A model generated the notes under the pieces. The model saw nothing but the letters and a program-made list of their open reading frames with translations. It made no database searches and was not told the origin of the DNA. DNA of 63,414 bases, filler included, from Trichomonas gallinae (lineage: Eukaryota): the NCBI GenBank assembly GCA_008369845.1. It is 7 parts of 7 records of this genome, joined end to end, with 100 filler letters (N's around TTAATTAATTAA, not from the genome) between each part and the next. Parts side by side here need not be neighbours in the genome. Positions count along the whole stretch, not along the records: positions 18,752 to 33,901 come from MRSU01001257.1; 6 more parts are not named here. One strand, written 5' to 3'. A program made the translations under genes and the position numbers. This document shows positions 23,405 through 34,001 of this stretch, piece by piece. The stretch's first letter is position 1. Every line of letters starts with the position of its first letter.

Positions 23405-24679
23405 CTAGGCGATAGTGAGCTGCGGTACATGTCCGTATTGGATGTAGAACTGATCTTCAGGGAGGTTTGCAGCGATCGAAAGCCGCTTAAGCATAGAAGG
23501 GGATGATATATCTTCAGGACGGATCTGCCAGAAGTAGTCTTTCATGATCTTGTACGCCTGCGAATTTGTATCTACATATCGTAGTTCAATTTTTCCACAT
23601 TCGTCAATGATCGTGGAAATGCTTTGATAAAATATCTGCCCATTATTCCAGATGACTATGCTATCGGTTATACCTGACCGCAAGCCATCCACAGCACCAA
23701 ATCCTAATTCGTGACAGAAAACTATATCTGTTGATGATGGTTTCGCGCATCTTAGCTCATAGCCAATCTTTTTGGCTGTAACACCAAGACTTATTTTGCG
23801 TTTTCTAAATCGAGTTAAAATTTCTTTTGCAACTGCGCGAGATAGTTCTGCTTCATCGAGAATGATGTTGCCATCAGCACTCATTGATATGAATCCATTA
23901 TCAAACAGCTTCTTTTGCTCTGACTTTGTAAATTTATTAATCAAACCTTCGGAAATCACACAGACTCCATAGTTTTTACCCATGCTCAGACGCTTTAGCA
24001 TGGTACACTCTATGACATCGCATATGTCTTTCAATGAAATTTTGTTATTTTGGCCAAAATCTTCAGGAATCACAGCCAAGTGTGCGCTGCAAGCTGAGGC
24101 TATGCCAAATGTAAGGTGTCCTGTATATTTACCCATTGCCTCAACAATGAACCAGCGAGGAGCACTTCTTGCGTCTGAAATTAAATTATTTACGATTTTT
24201 GCGCCAAAACTTCTAGCTGTACTAAATCCGAATGTCTGTTGGTCTCCTGTAAGTTTTATATCGTTGTCAATTGTTTTTGGAATAATGACAAATCGAAAAT
24301 CTGATTTGTCGAGTTTAGCGAATAAATCATGTGTACATTGTATCTTCTCGTTACCACCTATAATAATGAGATGTTTAACATTTAATTTCTTTAAGTTTTC
24401 GATAATTTTATTTTGTTCTCCATCGTTCGAAGGATTATGTCTTTCTAATGTCAATAAAGGCTCATATGTTGCCTTTTTCTCTGCTATGTATTCGTCAGTA
24501 ATCTCAATAACCGATTTTAGACATTCTTCATATGAATTCGCTGATAATGTCTTAAATCCTTTCATAAACCCAAGGACTCGCCATCCAAGCATGTGGGCAT
24601 TCGATGTTATGGATGTAATGACTTCAGAGAGGCCTGGCGCTGGTCCGCCTCCGACCAATATACCCAAAATCACCTCCAT
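23405..24679 (-). CDS. Pyrophosphate-dependent phosphofructokinase family protein (divergent active site)
   Basis: GILVGGGPAPG, IPKTIDND, TFGFSTA, VEAMGK and KIGYELRC; the GGDD motif is replaced by GGNE. Confidence 0.9.
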   Translation of the reverse strand: MEVILGILVGGGPAPGLSEVITSITSNAHMLGWRVLGFMKGFKTLSANSYEECLKSVIEITDEYIAEKKATYEPLLTLERHNPSNDGEQNKIIENLKKLNVKHLIIIGGNEKIQCTHDLFAKLDKSDFRFVIIPKTIDNDIKLTGDQQTFGFSTARSFGAKIVNNLISDARSAPRWFIVEAMGKYTGHLTFGIASACSAHLAVIPEDFGQNNKISLKDICDVIECTMLKRLSMGKNYGVCVISEGLINKFTKSEQKKLFDNGFISMSADGNIILDEAELSRAVAKEILTRFRKRKISLGVTAKKIGYELRCAKPSSTDIVFCHELGFGAVDGLRSGITDSIVIWNNGQIFYQSISTIIDECGKIELRYVDTNSQAYKIMKDYFWQIRPEDISSPSMLKRLSIAANLPEDQFYIQYGHVPQLTIA

Positions 24680-25408
24680 ATTTTTATGTTTTTATATCAC
24701 ATGTCTATTTTTATGTCACATGTCATCAATTCTTACAGTGCGTCTGTTTTATTTGTTATTTTGTTATTGATTAAAATATAATAAACAAATTTTTGATTGA
24801 AAGTCTTCTAATTCATTCACATATAAAATTGATTTTAGAAATTTGAAAAATTATCGGACAAATGCTTACCGTAACAAATTTTTATTCTAGATTTAAATAT
24901 ATAAGAGATATAGTTTAGAACGATTAGAACAACGAAATCTACATTCTTATAGCTATTATAATATTGTTAAATAATGATTCATGTGAAAAATTCGACAATT
25001 TTGTATTCATCAATTTGATGATCAATTTCATCGATTAATTCTAATCGTATTGCAATGACAATGATTAAATATATTAATAAAACATGTGAATTGTCTATTT
25101 TTCATTAGAAAGTCTTTCATTTTCAAAATTATTTTCAACAAATTTCATAATTATATTTAATTTAGGTTTAAAAAATGGAAAATGTGCATTTTAATATCAT
25201 AATAAATGTTTAATCGGCTTTAATATGCATAAATTCTTGTTATTAAATATAAAGATTTTATTTTCCATGAGAAAAATTGATAATTTGTGGGTTTAAATAA
25301 AGATATATATCAAAGTCCTCATTGTTATTAAAATAATAGTATTTGTTTTTGTGCTGACGACTCTGTCGTAATCTTGAGAAATTTTCCATCTATTTTTTTT
25401 CACATCAC

Positions 25409-27454
25409 ATGTCAAAATTTATGGAGAATATCAGAGAATACGAAAAATATGGATATTTTACGTTCATTTCTCTGAAGAACAATCCACTAAGCACGACTTT
25501 AGACGCTTTCACAAACAATATCAAGTATTTAAGAGGCGTTTCACTGACAGAAATGTTTTATTCAGATGGCGCTGATTTTTTTGGTGTCCCAAATGCATCA
25601 GACTTGTTCACATTCATCCACGAAACTCCAACAAATGCGAATAAAATCGTCACACCACTACTTTCCCAATGCATTTCAACGTCAATTGTTCAATTTTACG
25701 ATTCTCCAATAGATTTTACGTTATCAGTTTACAATTTCATAAAAGCAGACCCAACAAATCATTTCCTGTTTGCTTACAGCACGTTTCCTGCAATGTTCTG
25801 CTATTTTGCATCAGAAGAATTTTGCAACGCTGGTTCTATGTTCATTCGCACTTATATATCGAACTGTGATGACAAAATAACATCAGAGGCCCTCGTAAGC
25901 TCGTTTTTTAACTGCATTCCTGCGTTTTATTCGTTTTTCTTTATTCAATTCGCCAAATCTACAATAAATTTCTACGAGAACACGCCAATGGATTTCTATT
26001 ACGAAAGGTTCACAGAAATACTGCAAAAATCATTGCCTTTGCTTACATATTCTCATTTACAAGTTATTTTAGTATTAATCCAGAAATATTCGATGGAAGA
26101 GATGAAATTCGTCATTGAAGACATATTCTACAAGCATTATCTTTCTTACAGAGATTTTTCTGGATATTTTACTCAGCAAAATGCAAATAGAGGAATAGAG
26201 AGCTTCTTTAAGTACCTCATGGACGAAAAAGCCGAAGAAGTTTATAGAATGTTCTCAGAGTCGAGAATTGTCTTCTATTCACTGCCAAAAGTTCAAGGAA
26301 CAAAATGGTATCGAGGATGCCCAACAATTATGAGCGAATACGACCTCAAACTGATAATAGATATCATTAATTCGAAAGGAAACTACAAATTCATGTCAGA
26401 TTCTAAAAATACAAAATTTAATCAAAATTGGAGGCCAGTTATTATTAATATTTTCCCTGAATTCCTCCAAAACAAGGCTGCTATTGATAGAATTGGCGAG
26501 GAATTGTTTGGAATTCAACCAGAATTTATTCCAATCAAAGATGATCCGGATTTCGAACGAAAATATAAACGGTTCATCGCAGATTGTGAAGAAAATGGCC
26601 GAAACATTCTTGATTACGTTGAAGAAAAGATTCCTGATATTATGGATAATGGCGACTTAATAGAATACATTTACACACGTTTTAACAATCAGTGCTGCAC
26701 TAATTTCGAGCAACTGCAATCATATATCATGGATATTGCAATGCTAGACAGTCATACAAATTATACGAATATTATCGAGAACCATTTATCGATTTTGTTC
26801 CACAGATTCTCTTATGACTTTATATCGAACACAATTAATTCACACAAAGGTACTATTATCAGTAAAGTTTCTCGATCGTATAATTTGATTACAAAACAAG
26901 AGATTGTAACACCTTCAATTGCATTTTCTATGTGGTGCGCAGCCTTTGACGCCATTTATTTCCACGATTCAGAAATTCTTTCCTGTGACAAACTTTTCCA
27001 AGCGGAATTATTCGATATTATCGAGCAAAACCAGTCGATACTCAAAACAGATCCATTCATTTTGCAAAGAAAACAGCATATTTGCTCAACGGCTGAAATT
27101 ATTTCTCATTTATCGGAAGTTGGCTATGGGCAGCAACTTATTTTCCTCTCGAGATTCATGACAAACCTCAATGTTCTTGTTCCAGATTTCTTTTCTGAAC
27201 AATGGCACCTTGTTTTCGCTTATTCATTATATCTTTCGAATGATACAAAGATCTTCAGGACTTTCTTGTTCTACATATCCTTCATTGCTGGAAATGAGTT
27301 TGTTGACAGCTGGGGAGAAACAATGAAATCGGTTTTCCACCAATTTTCTTCATCTGTTTATTTTATTATTATGAAGAATCAAAAGCTCAGTGATATATGC
27401 ACAAATCCTACAAAGTGCATGAAACTACTCGAGCTTGCAAAGAAATCACGATAA
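25409..27454 (+). CDS. Hypothetical protein
   Basis: 681-aa uninterrupted ORF; TCAC Inr-like element immediately upstream; no recognised motif. Confidence 0.85.
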   Translation: MSKFMENIREYEKYGYFTFISLKNNPLSTTLDAFTNNIKYLRGVSLTEMFYSDGADFFGVPNASDLFTFIHETPTNANKIVTPLLSQCISTSIVQFYDSPIDFTLSVYNFIKADPTNHFLFAYSTFPAMFCYFASEEFCNAGSMFIRTYISNCDDKITSEALVSSFFNCIPAFYSFFFIQFAKSTINFYENTPMDFYYERFTEILQKSLPLLTYSHLQVILVLIQKYSMEEMKFVIEDIFYKHYLSYRDFSGYFTQQNANRGIESFFKYLMDEKAEEVYRMFSESRIVFYSLPKVQGTKWYRGCPTIMSEYDLKLIIDIINSKGNYKFMSDSKNTKFNQNWRPVIINIFPEFLQNKAAIDRIGEELFGIQPEFIPIKDDPDFERKYKRFIADCEENGRNILDYVEEKIPDIMDNGDLIEYIYTRFNNQCCTNFEQLQSYIMDIAMLDSHTNYTNIIENHLSILFHRFSYDFISNTINSHKGTIISKVSRSYNLITKQEIVTPSIAFSMWCAAFDAIYFHDSEILSCDKLFQAELFDIIEQNQSILKTDPFILQRKQHICSTAEIISHLSEVGYGQQLIFLSRFMTNLNVLVPDFFSEQWHLVFAYSLYLSNDTKIFRTFLFYISFIAGNEFVDSWGETMKSVFHQFSSSVYFIIMKNQKLSDICTNPTKCMKLLELAKKSR

Positions 27455-28128
27455 TTTATTTTATCTTTTTAAGTTATTACTTGTGTATATGCTATTAACA
27501 GAAGAGATAAAGAAAGGTGAACGAATAATATTTTTTGACTGTTTACAATGTCGAATTTCTATTAACAAATTTAAGCGCTTTGATCTTTTGGAATTGTTAA
27601 TTGGTTTAGGTATACAATACATTGTGATGATTCTTTTAAGTTAAATAAAATAGAGCATGTTAGCAAATACTTTACGAGGTAAAAATAGAATCTTGTTCTT
27701 TGAAAAGGAAAACAATATACAAGGTTTTGCAAATAATGTTATAGTTAATTGCTTTATATGCATTTTAAGCGAGTATATCTGTCTCAATACCATTATCATC
27801 TATTTTATATACCTCACAGCGAACAATTTAGCCAACAACGTATTGTATCAATGCGTTACACATTCGGATGGAAATTGATTGGAATGTTGAGTGGATTTTT
27901 CAGTAATGAAGAAACTGTCGTGTTCGTGAAAATATATTGTCAAATGGAAAAACTGTTAATTTGAAATGTAGTAAACAATTCAATAAGTTTCGTTTGGAAA
28001 CAAATGATGAACAGCGTCGTTGTCAAAATTGGCACATAAATATTGATAACGTTGATCTAAATTTATGTGGCGTTGAAATCATTTAAACTTTAATGTTAAA
28101 ATTGCGAATTTTATAAATACAAACATTT

Positions 28129-29127
28129 TTATAATATTTTATCCATATGATCGATGTGTGGATATGGTTTCTGATTTGAAATTAAATCATTATTTGAAAT
28201 TTTATAGAATGGATCTATTGGGAGCGCATAGCAGCAACAGCATTGCTTTTCTCCAAATATTTCTTCGTAATTCTTCTTCATATCGCCTGTATCATAATAA
28301 TCAGTTGGAATCCCATAAGCTACCTCAAATTTTGTAGTATTTCTTGCTGCAAAGGCTATAGTCCTCGAAAACTGGTACAAAGGATACAACATGACGAAAA
28401 ACTCGACTGGAATGCAAATTATGATGAAAGTTTCATTATATCGCGATAATGCAGACCTCCTCATTATTATGGTAACTGAATGCGATATTATCATAAGGAA
28501 GCAATACAAAAATGCATAAATTGCGCATAATAAAAATAATTTTGTGTTTCTTTTGCCAACATAGACTCCTGCCCATGTACAAAAATGAGAAGGTCTGATA
28601 ACAAATCTTGTTTCGTTGTCAAAGTTATAGCATCGCGGTGGTTTAATATGGAAACGCATCCAATTAATTTGTTTTTGAGAAATTGCCATGCCTTCGAAAT
28701 TATCTTCTGTTGATATGAATTCTATTAGCTTCTCATTGGCATGATACCAATAATAAGGCAAATATCCAGGTCCGACGAAAATCATCGAAAAATAAGATAT
28801 ATAGAAGAAAATTAAGGCTAGTAAGATGATTGGAGTGAATATGTAGCCGAAATACGACGTATAAAGCATTGTATATACAAAATGAACAATTAAAACCCAT
28901 AGCGAGAGTAAAATGATGATGATTGGGGAGTAATGTATGTTCCAGTTACCCCAATAATATTTTCTTGTGGATCCAACAGCAACTGTTGAACAACAATAAC
29001 ATGTCTTTCGATAACTGGACTTTCCAGGGAAAGGAATGTATAAGGATTCATCTTCTGTCGTCATAGTTGTGTTATCTTCGCTGCTTGAATCTGTTGATGA
29101 TGAAGTTGCCGGTGATGAATTTATCAT
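28129..29127 (-). CDS. DHHC palmitoyltransferase family protein with SHFC variant motif
   Basis: Four hydrophobic segments, GPG, KPPRC...RFVIRPSHFCTWAGVYVGKRNTKLF, NTTKFE (TTxE) and YDTG...NYEEIFG (PaCCT-like). Confidence 0.88.
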   Translation of the reverse strand: MINSSPATSSSTDSSSEDNTTMTTEDESLYIPFPGKSSYRKTCYCCSTVAVGSTRKYYWGNWNIHYSPIIIILLSLWVLIVHFVYTMLYTSYFGYIFTPIILLALIFFYISYFSMIFVGPGYLPYYWYHANEKLIEFISTEDNFEGMAISQKQINWMRFHIKPPRCYNFDNETRFVIRPSHFCTWAGVYVGKRNTKLFLLCAIYAFLYCFLMIISHSVTIIMRRSALSRYNETFIIICIPVEFFVMLYPLYQFSRTIAFAARNTTKFEVAYGIPTDYYDTGDMKKNYEEIFGEKQCCCCYALPIDPFYKISNNDLISNQKPYPHIDHMDKIL

Positions 29128-29416
29128 TATTCAAATTCTAGATTTTTGTGGACCCTCATTCAATATTTTGAGAATCATCAGAATTACATTTCATTTTCGG
29201 TGAATTCAGTGCATGATGTATATATTATAGTGATGTTATTTTACATCTTTGATCATTTTATTGGGTCTAACAAATTTTTCCAGGGTCACCAATTCATTTC
29301 ATTTTTATGCATTTCAACATTTATAACAGCATCTCTTATCTATTGAAAAAAAAAAAAAAATAATTAATAGACGAAAGAAAGAAGTAAATTTCTTGAAACA
29401 AATATATAAAAACATT

Positions 29417-32152
29417 TTATACTTCAATATTATTAGAAAATTCTTTGAGTTTGTCTTTGTTTTCTTTGAGCGATGAAATAATTTCAGGTGTCAGCCAAGT
29501 TCTGTCGTTCAAAGCATTGCAGGCTTGGGCAGCGATGTAGAGCACCATTAACTTTGCTTTTTCGTCGTTGATAAATTTTGAAGAAGCCAAAGTAGTCCTC
29601 TTATATTCGATTTTGATTCCTTTCTTTCCGACAGTCATCAATATTCTTAAGATCTCAACAGCTAAGTCAACATTCGATGTCTTCTCTATTATATCAATGA
29701 ATCTGGCAGATCCAATTGTCTGCATGAACTCAGCGCTTTTCCCTGAAACAATCAAAAATCTGCAAACTAATCTTATGATTTTTTCGTCTTCTGTAGTCGC
29801 TATTATATCTCTGATCAATCTTTGTGCTCCAGGTGAATTAAATACTTCTGATTTCGTCCACGCGACGCTGCACATCATTTTGAACAAAAATAGTCTGAAA
29901 GCTGCAGATATTTCTCCTTGCAAAATATTCACCAACTGTTTTTCGACAAAATATTTTGCGATTTCTTCCTTTTGTATAATTTTCATTATCGCGTTACATA
30001 GATTTTCTTTAACGCACGAAAGCTGAAGACTGTGCAGGAGAATAATCATGAAATCATATTGTCCACTCGCTGCAATTGAAATGTTCTCAGATGCTGCTAT
30101 AATTGTCAGCAAATTTACTGAAGCAATATGTAATGCTGTGTTCTTGACAAAAATCCATTTTCCAATCAATATCATGTGCTGTGGCAACAACGAGAGTTTG
30201 ATATTAATCGTAGGAATGATATCCTGGAAGATATAGACAGCTTGTGATGCACTTGTTTCTTCATTGGACTGCAAAACGGAAAACAAAGAGTTAAAAATTT
30301 TGTAAACCATCTGTTCATTGTTATTCAAATTTGCATTTCTCAGGAAATGTCTGAATCCGCATAGTACACTTGGAAGTATCTGGTCTGTGCATGTTTCTAT
30401 TGTCTCTATGAACTTATCAGTCAGTTCCAGTGAGAAATCAGATCCGTACATCAAAACAATAGAAACGAGAACTGAATCTGGATATTCATTGAGAACATTC
30501 AGCTCTGCTGCTGTCAGCCTATAATTGGATAATCTAACAATGTTCAATAATAAAAATAAACAGCGAACTTGCAAATCTTCTTGCTCTAAGTTTTTAAGGC
30601 AAACATCAATGATGCCTTTTGATACTGCTTTCTCACAGAGCTCTTTTGTGCGACAAATCGCACGCAGCAAGCGAATATATGATGGTTTTACTGCTGATGA
30701 AATCTCATTATTAACAACATGGTTTAAAACGAACTCGCATGTTGCTGGAATCTCTGCGCATATGTCTCCTAGCAAGTCGTATGAATCTTTTGTTGAGTTT
30801 TCTACAAGATATTTTAATGATGAAACAGAAACTGTCATATTTGATGGTTTTGAGAATGATAAGACCTTCTTTTCGAATAAATTAACTATTTCTGACATTG
30901 ATGGACGATTTATTGGATCTGGTGATAAACATTTTTCAATTAATGCACGAAGTTTAGGTGAAGCATCCGCAGGAATGACATGAGTAGTGCTAGATTCTGG
31001 TGGCCTTCTCGTTAGCATCTCTAATAAAACGACTCCGTAAGAATATGAGTCAGAAGCAGCTGAAATTTGTCTTTCTCCTTCAGGACGAAGCATCTCTGGC
31101 GCAGACCATGAAACTGTGCCTATTGGACCTCTGTCTGCAAAAGGATCTCTGTAAATTCTCGAAGATCCAAAATCGCATAATTTAACATTTCCAGATTTCG
31201 ACAATAAAATGTTTAAAGACTTGATATCGCCGTGTGTTGAGCCTAGTTTGTGCAAATGAAGGAGACCTTTTGCAATAGATAAAGCAATGTAATCCAAAGT
31301 CTCGGAAGTTTCAACTGCTCCTTCAGTTTGAAGGGCTCTAAATAGGTTTCCTCCATCCATGAACTCTGTGACCAGTAAAAATGGAGGCTTGCTCGTAATT
31401 CCGTAAAATGTTACAATATTTTGATGACTTAAGCGTGAATATGCACTAGCTTCGGAAATAAACTGATTAAAATGCTCGACTCTTGAATGTGCACTTGTGA
31501 AAAACTTCACAGCAACTTCCTTTCCTGTTGATATCAAACGACCGTGGAAAATTGTTGAGAATGTGCCGGATCCAACTTTTTGTATGATATCAAGTTCATT
31601 TGGTTGAATAAAAAATCGTTTGTAGGCATCTATTTGTCGATAATCAAAACATTTTGGATTTTGATAATTTTTTAGTATTGAATTGATCGAAGTATAGAGA
31701 TCAAAAGGTTTAATATAATCAAATCTTTGCGGTGGTATGGTTTTAATAATCTTTGAAATGCGCAAAATGTCGATATAATCGGCATAATTTATTTTGTAAG
31801 GTGGAACATCAAAAATTCCTGGTGTAGCGTTAAACATAGCGTTTGTAAATTCCTTTATTTCCGTTATTTTAGCTAAAACTACAGTCAAAGCGTGATCAAA
31901 TTTCGTATGGCAGATATAATCAATCCATTCCGTAGGACTGAGCATTAAAAGCAGTGCTTGCAGCTCTCCCAAAGCGAAATCCACACGTGATGCTAAAGTT
32001 TCGTTGTAAACCGAATTTGCTGCAACAACGAATTTCTTATATAGGAGAAAAGAATGCAAACAGTCAGCAACTATGCGAAATTTCTCTTTGTGTATTGTCA
32101 AATCGTCGATTAGAAGAAAGATATCATTGATTCTCGTTTCTAAATCGATCAT
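29417..32152 (-). CDS. TKL-family protein kinase with C-terminal helical (ARM/HEAT-like) region
   Basis: VGSGTFS, VAVK, HGDIKSLNILL, LCDFG, GTVSWSAPE and DSYSYG; about 180-aa helical N-terminus; about 480-aa Leu/Ile-rich helical C-terminus. Confidence 0.9.
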   Translation of the reverse strand: MIDLETRINDIFLLIDDLTIHKEKFRIVADCLHSFLLYKKFVVAANSVYNETLASRVDFALGELQALLLMLSPTEWIDYICHTKFDHALTVVLAKITEIKEFTNAMFNATPGIFDVPPYKINYADYIDILRISKIIKTIPPQRFDYIKPFDLYTSINSILKNYQNPKCFDYRQIDAYKRFFIQPNELDIIQKVGSGTFSTIFHGRLISTGKEVAVKFFTSAHSRVEHFNQFISEASAYSRLSHQNIVTFYGITSKPPFLLVTEFMDGGNLFRALQTEGAVETSETLDYIALSIAKGLLHLHKLGSTHGDIKSLNILLSKSGNVKLCDFGSSRIYRDPFADRGPIGTVSWSAPEMLRPEGERQISAASDSYSYGVVLLEMLTRRPPESSTTHVIPADASPKLRALIEKCLSPDPINRPSMSEIVNLFEKKVLSFSKPSNMTVSVSSLKYLVENSTKDSYDLLGDICAEIPATCEFVLNHVVNNEISSAVKPSYIRLLRAICRTKELCEKAVSKGIIDVCLKNLEQEDLQVRCLFLLLNIVRLSNYRLTAAELNVLNEYPDSVLVSIVLMYGSDFSLELTDKFIETIETCTDQILPSVLCGFRHFLRNANLNNNEQMVYKIFNSLFSVLQSNEETSASQAVYIFQDIIPTINIKLSLLPQHMILIGKWIFVKNTALHIASVNLLTIIAASENISIAASGQYDFMIILLHSLQLSCVKENLCNAIMKIIQKEEIAKYFVEKQLVNILQGEISAAFRLFLFKMMCSVAWTKSEVFNSPGAQRLIRDIIATTEDEKIIRLVCRFLIVSGKSAEFMQTIGSARFIDIIEKTSNVDLAVEILRILMTVGKKGIKIEYKRTTLASSKFINDEKAKLMVLYIAAQACNALNDRTWLTPEIISSLKENKDKLKEFSNNIEV

Positions 32153-32715
32153 TTTAATTAACCTTATTATTTAATTAACCTTATGTGAGAATTATCGAAA
32201 TTCTCGTCATACAAGAAATATTTCACATAACAATAAAAGAAACTATATATATCAAAACAAGTAGAATTCTCGTAGCTAGTTATCTACTTCTAAATTTAAA
32301 TTTAAAATTTTTTGTGATTTTTTGACAATAATTTTTGACATTATTTGTCAAGAGTCAAAATGTCAATTTTTTTTTTTTTTTTTTCAATAATATTTTTTTG
32401 TGATTTTTTGACTATATTTGTAAAGAGTCAAAATACCAGAGTAATATTGTTACATTTGTTATTTTTGATCAAAAATTGTAAAGTGAGTTTGAGTTAGAAA
32501 TACAGTCGAATATTCTACAAGAAAATCGAATAAATTATATATGGTTTCTCTCATGCTATTAGGGTGTATAGTATTCTATTATGTTTACCTACTAGGTTAG
32601 TTCAGTTCTAATCACCTATGCTAATAGATGCCGAACATTTACCTGGTGAATTTTTGGCAAATGTCAGATTTTATGTAAGTTTATTGTCATTAATTCAAAC
32701 ACTTTTTATTTTATA

Positions 32716-33702
32716 ATGAAAATAAAATTGATTTTTATTACATTATCTATATTAGTTTCAACCGTTATATATATATACATAGACTCATGCGTAGTTAAAG
32801 ATAACATTAGTATTCATCATTTAGATGACAGACAGTCAATATTGCTTATTTTGATGAAATATTACATGAGAATTGATAGATTCAAAGATAATGTATTAAA
32901 ATACATTAGAAAGCCAAAGACACTACGAGAAGCTGTTCCAATACCAGCATCAATGCGAAGAAAATATGATATTTCAAAAACAAATTTTGGATATCGAAGC
33001 TACTGGACAATTAAACCCAAATCTAATATATCATCCAAAATTTTGTTTTACATTCATGGAGGCGCATTTATCAAAAATATAATTTTGTATGAATGGTATT
33101 TAGTTGGAGAATTGGTTGAAAGAACACATGCAACGATCATTATTCCTGATTATGAAGTTGCTCCATTTTCTACTTATAATAAAACTCTTCCATGGATCAA
33201 ATCTCTCTATCTAAAAGTTTTATCTGAGAACAAACCTATAAATATCATTGGTGATTCAGCAGGTGGAGGCCTATCATTGAGTTTATCCATGACTCTCAGG
33301 GATGAAAACATAAAACAGCCTGAGAATTTAATTCTTTTATCTCCATGGCTTGATGTATCTATGGTAAACCCAACAATAGTTGATGTACAAAAGAATGATC
33401 CACTCCTTGACATGAGAGGAGGCCCAAAGTGCGGAAAAGCTTTCGCTGGCAATATTGATCTTCAAGACTGGAGAGTCAGCCCAATTTATGGTGATTTCAA
33501 CAATTTAACAAACATATCGATATTTATTGGAACGCATGACATTCTTCTCCCTGATTGCAGAAAATTTCATCAATTGCTTCTGAATCAAAACATTGAGCAT
33601 AGATACTACGAATTTCCTAACATGTTTCACGTCTTTATGGCGGTGCCAGTCCTAAAGGAATCTAAAATTGCAAATCTTGAAATTACAGCAATTGTTAATT
33701 AG
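32716..33702 (+). CDS. Alpha/beta hydrolase, hormone-sensitive-lipase (abhydrolase_3) family esterase/lipase
   Basis: HGGAF oxyanion motif, GDSAGGGL nucleophile elbow, SPWLD, VSPIYG, GTHD and MFHVF; N-terminal hydrophobic anchor. Confidence 0.93.
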   Translation: MKIKLIFITLSILVSTVIYIYIDSCVVKDNISIHHLDDRQSILLILMKYYMRIDRFKDNVLKYIRKPKTLREAVPIPASMRRKYDISKTNFGYRSYWTIKPKSNISSKILFYIHGGAFIKNIILYEWYLVGELVERTHATIIIPDYEVAPFSTYNKTLPWIKSLYLKVLSENKPINIIGDSAGGGLSLSLSMTLRDENIKQPENLILLSPWLDVSMVNPTIVDVQKNDPLLDMRGGPKCGKAFAGNIDLQDWRVSPIYGDFNNLTNISIFIGTHDILLPDCRKFHQLLLNQNIEHRYYEFPNMFHVFMAVPVLKESKIANLEITAIVN

Positions 33703-33901
33703 AAGTTAAAATATACTTGCAGTAAACTTCTTATTGAAGCTTGAGCCTATAGATGTCTATCGTCCTCGCTATCGTCGTCCTCATTGGAATTCAAATCGCT
33801 AATACATATGAATATATTAGAATATGTACTAAATAAATATTTATTAATTTTGTGAAAAACTTCGTGATTCGCTGTGAAAAAGTCAATTTTTGTTTATACG
33901 G

Positions 33902-34001
33902 NNNNNNNNNNNNNNNNNNNNNNNNNNNNNNNNNNNNNNNNNNNNTTAATTAATTAANNNNNNNNNNNNNNNNNNNNNNNNNNNNNNNNNNNNNNNNNNN
34001 N
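33902..34001. other. Artificial contig linker / gap
   Basis: 44 N + TTAATTAATTAA + 44 N. Confidence 0.97.

Noticed and set aside
23982..24770. 262-aa plus-strand ORF overlapping PFK
   Set aside because: Antisense shadow of the PFK gene; no motifs
29568..30983. Series of plus-strand ORFs of 60-152 aa
   Set aside because: Antisense shadows of the TKL kinase
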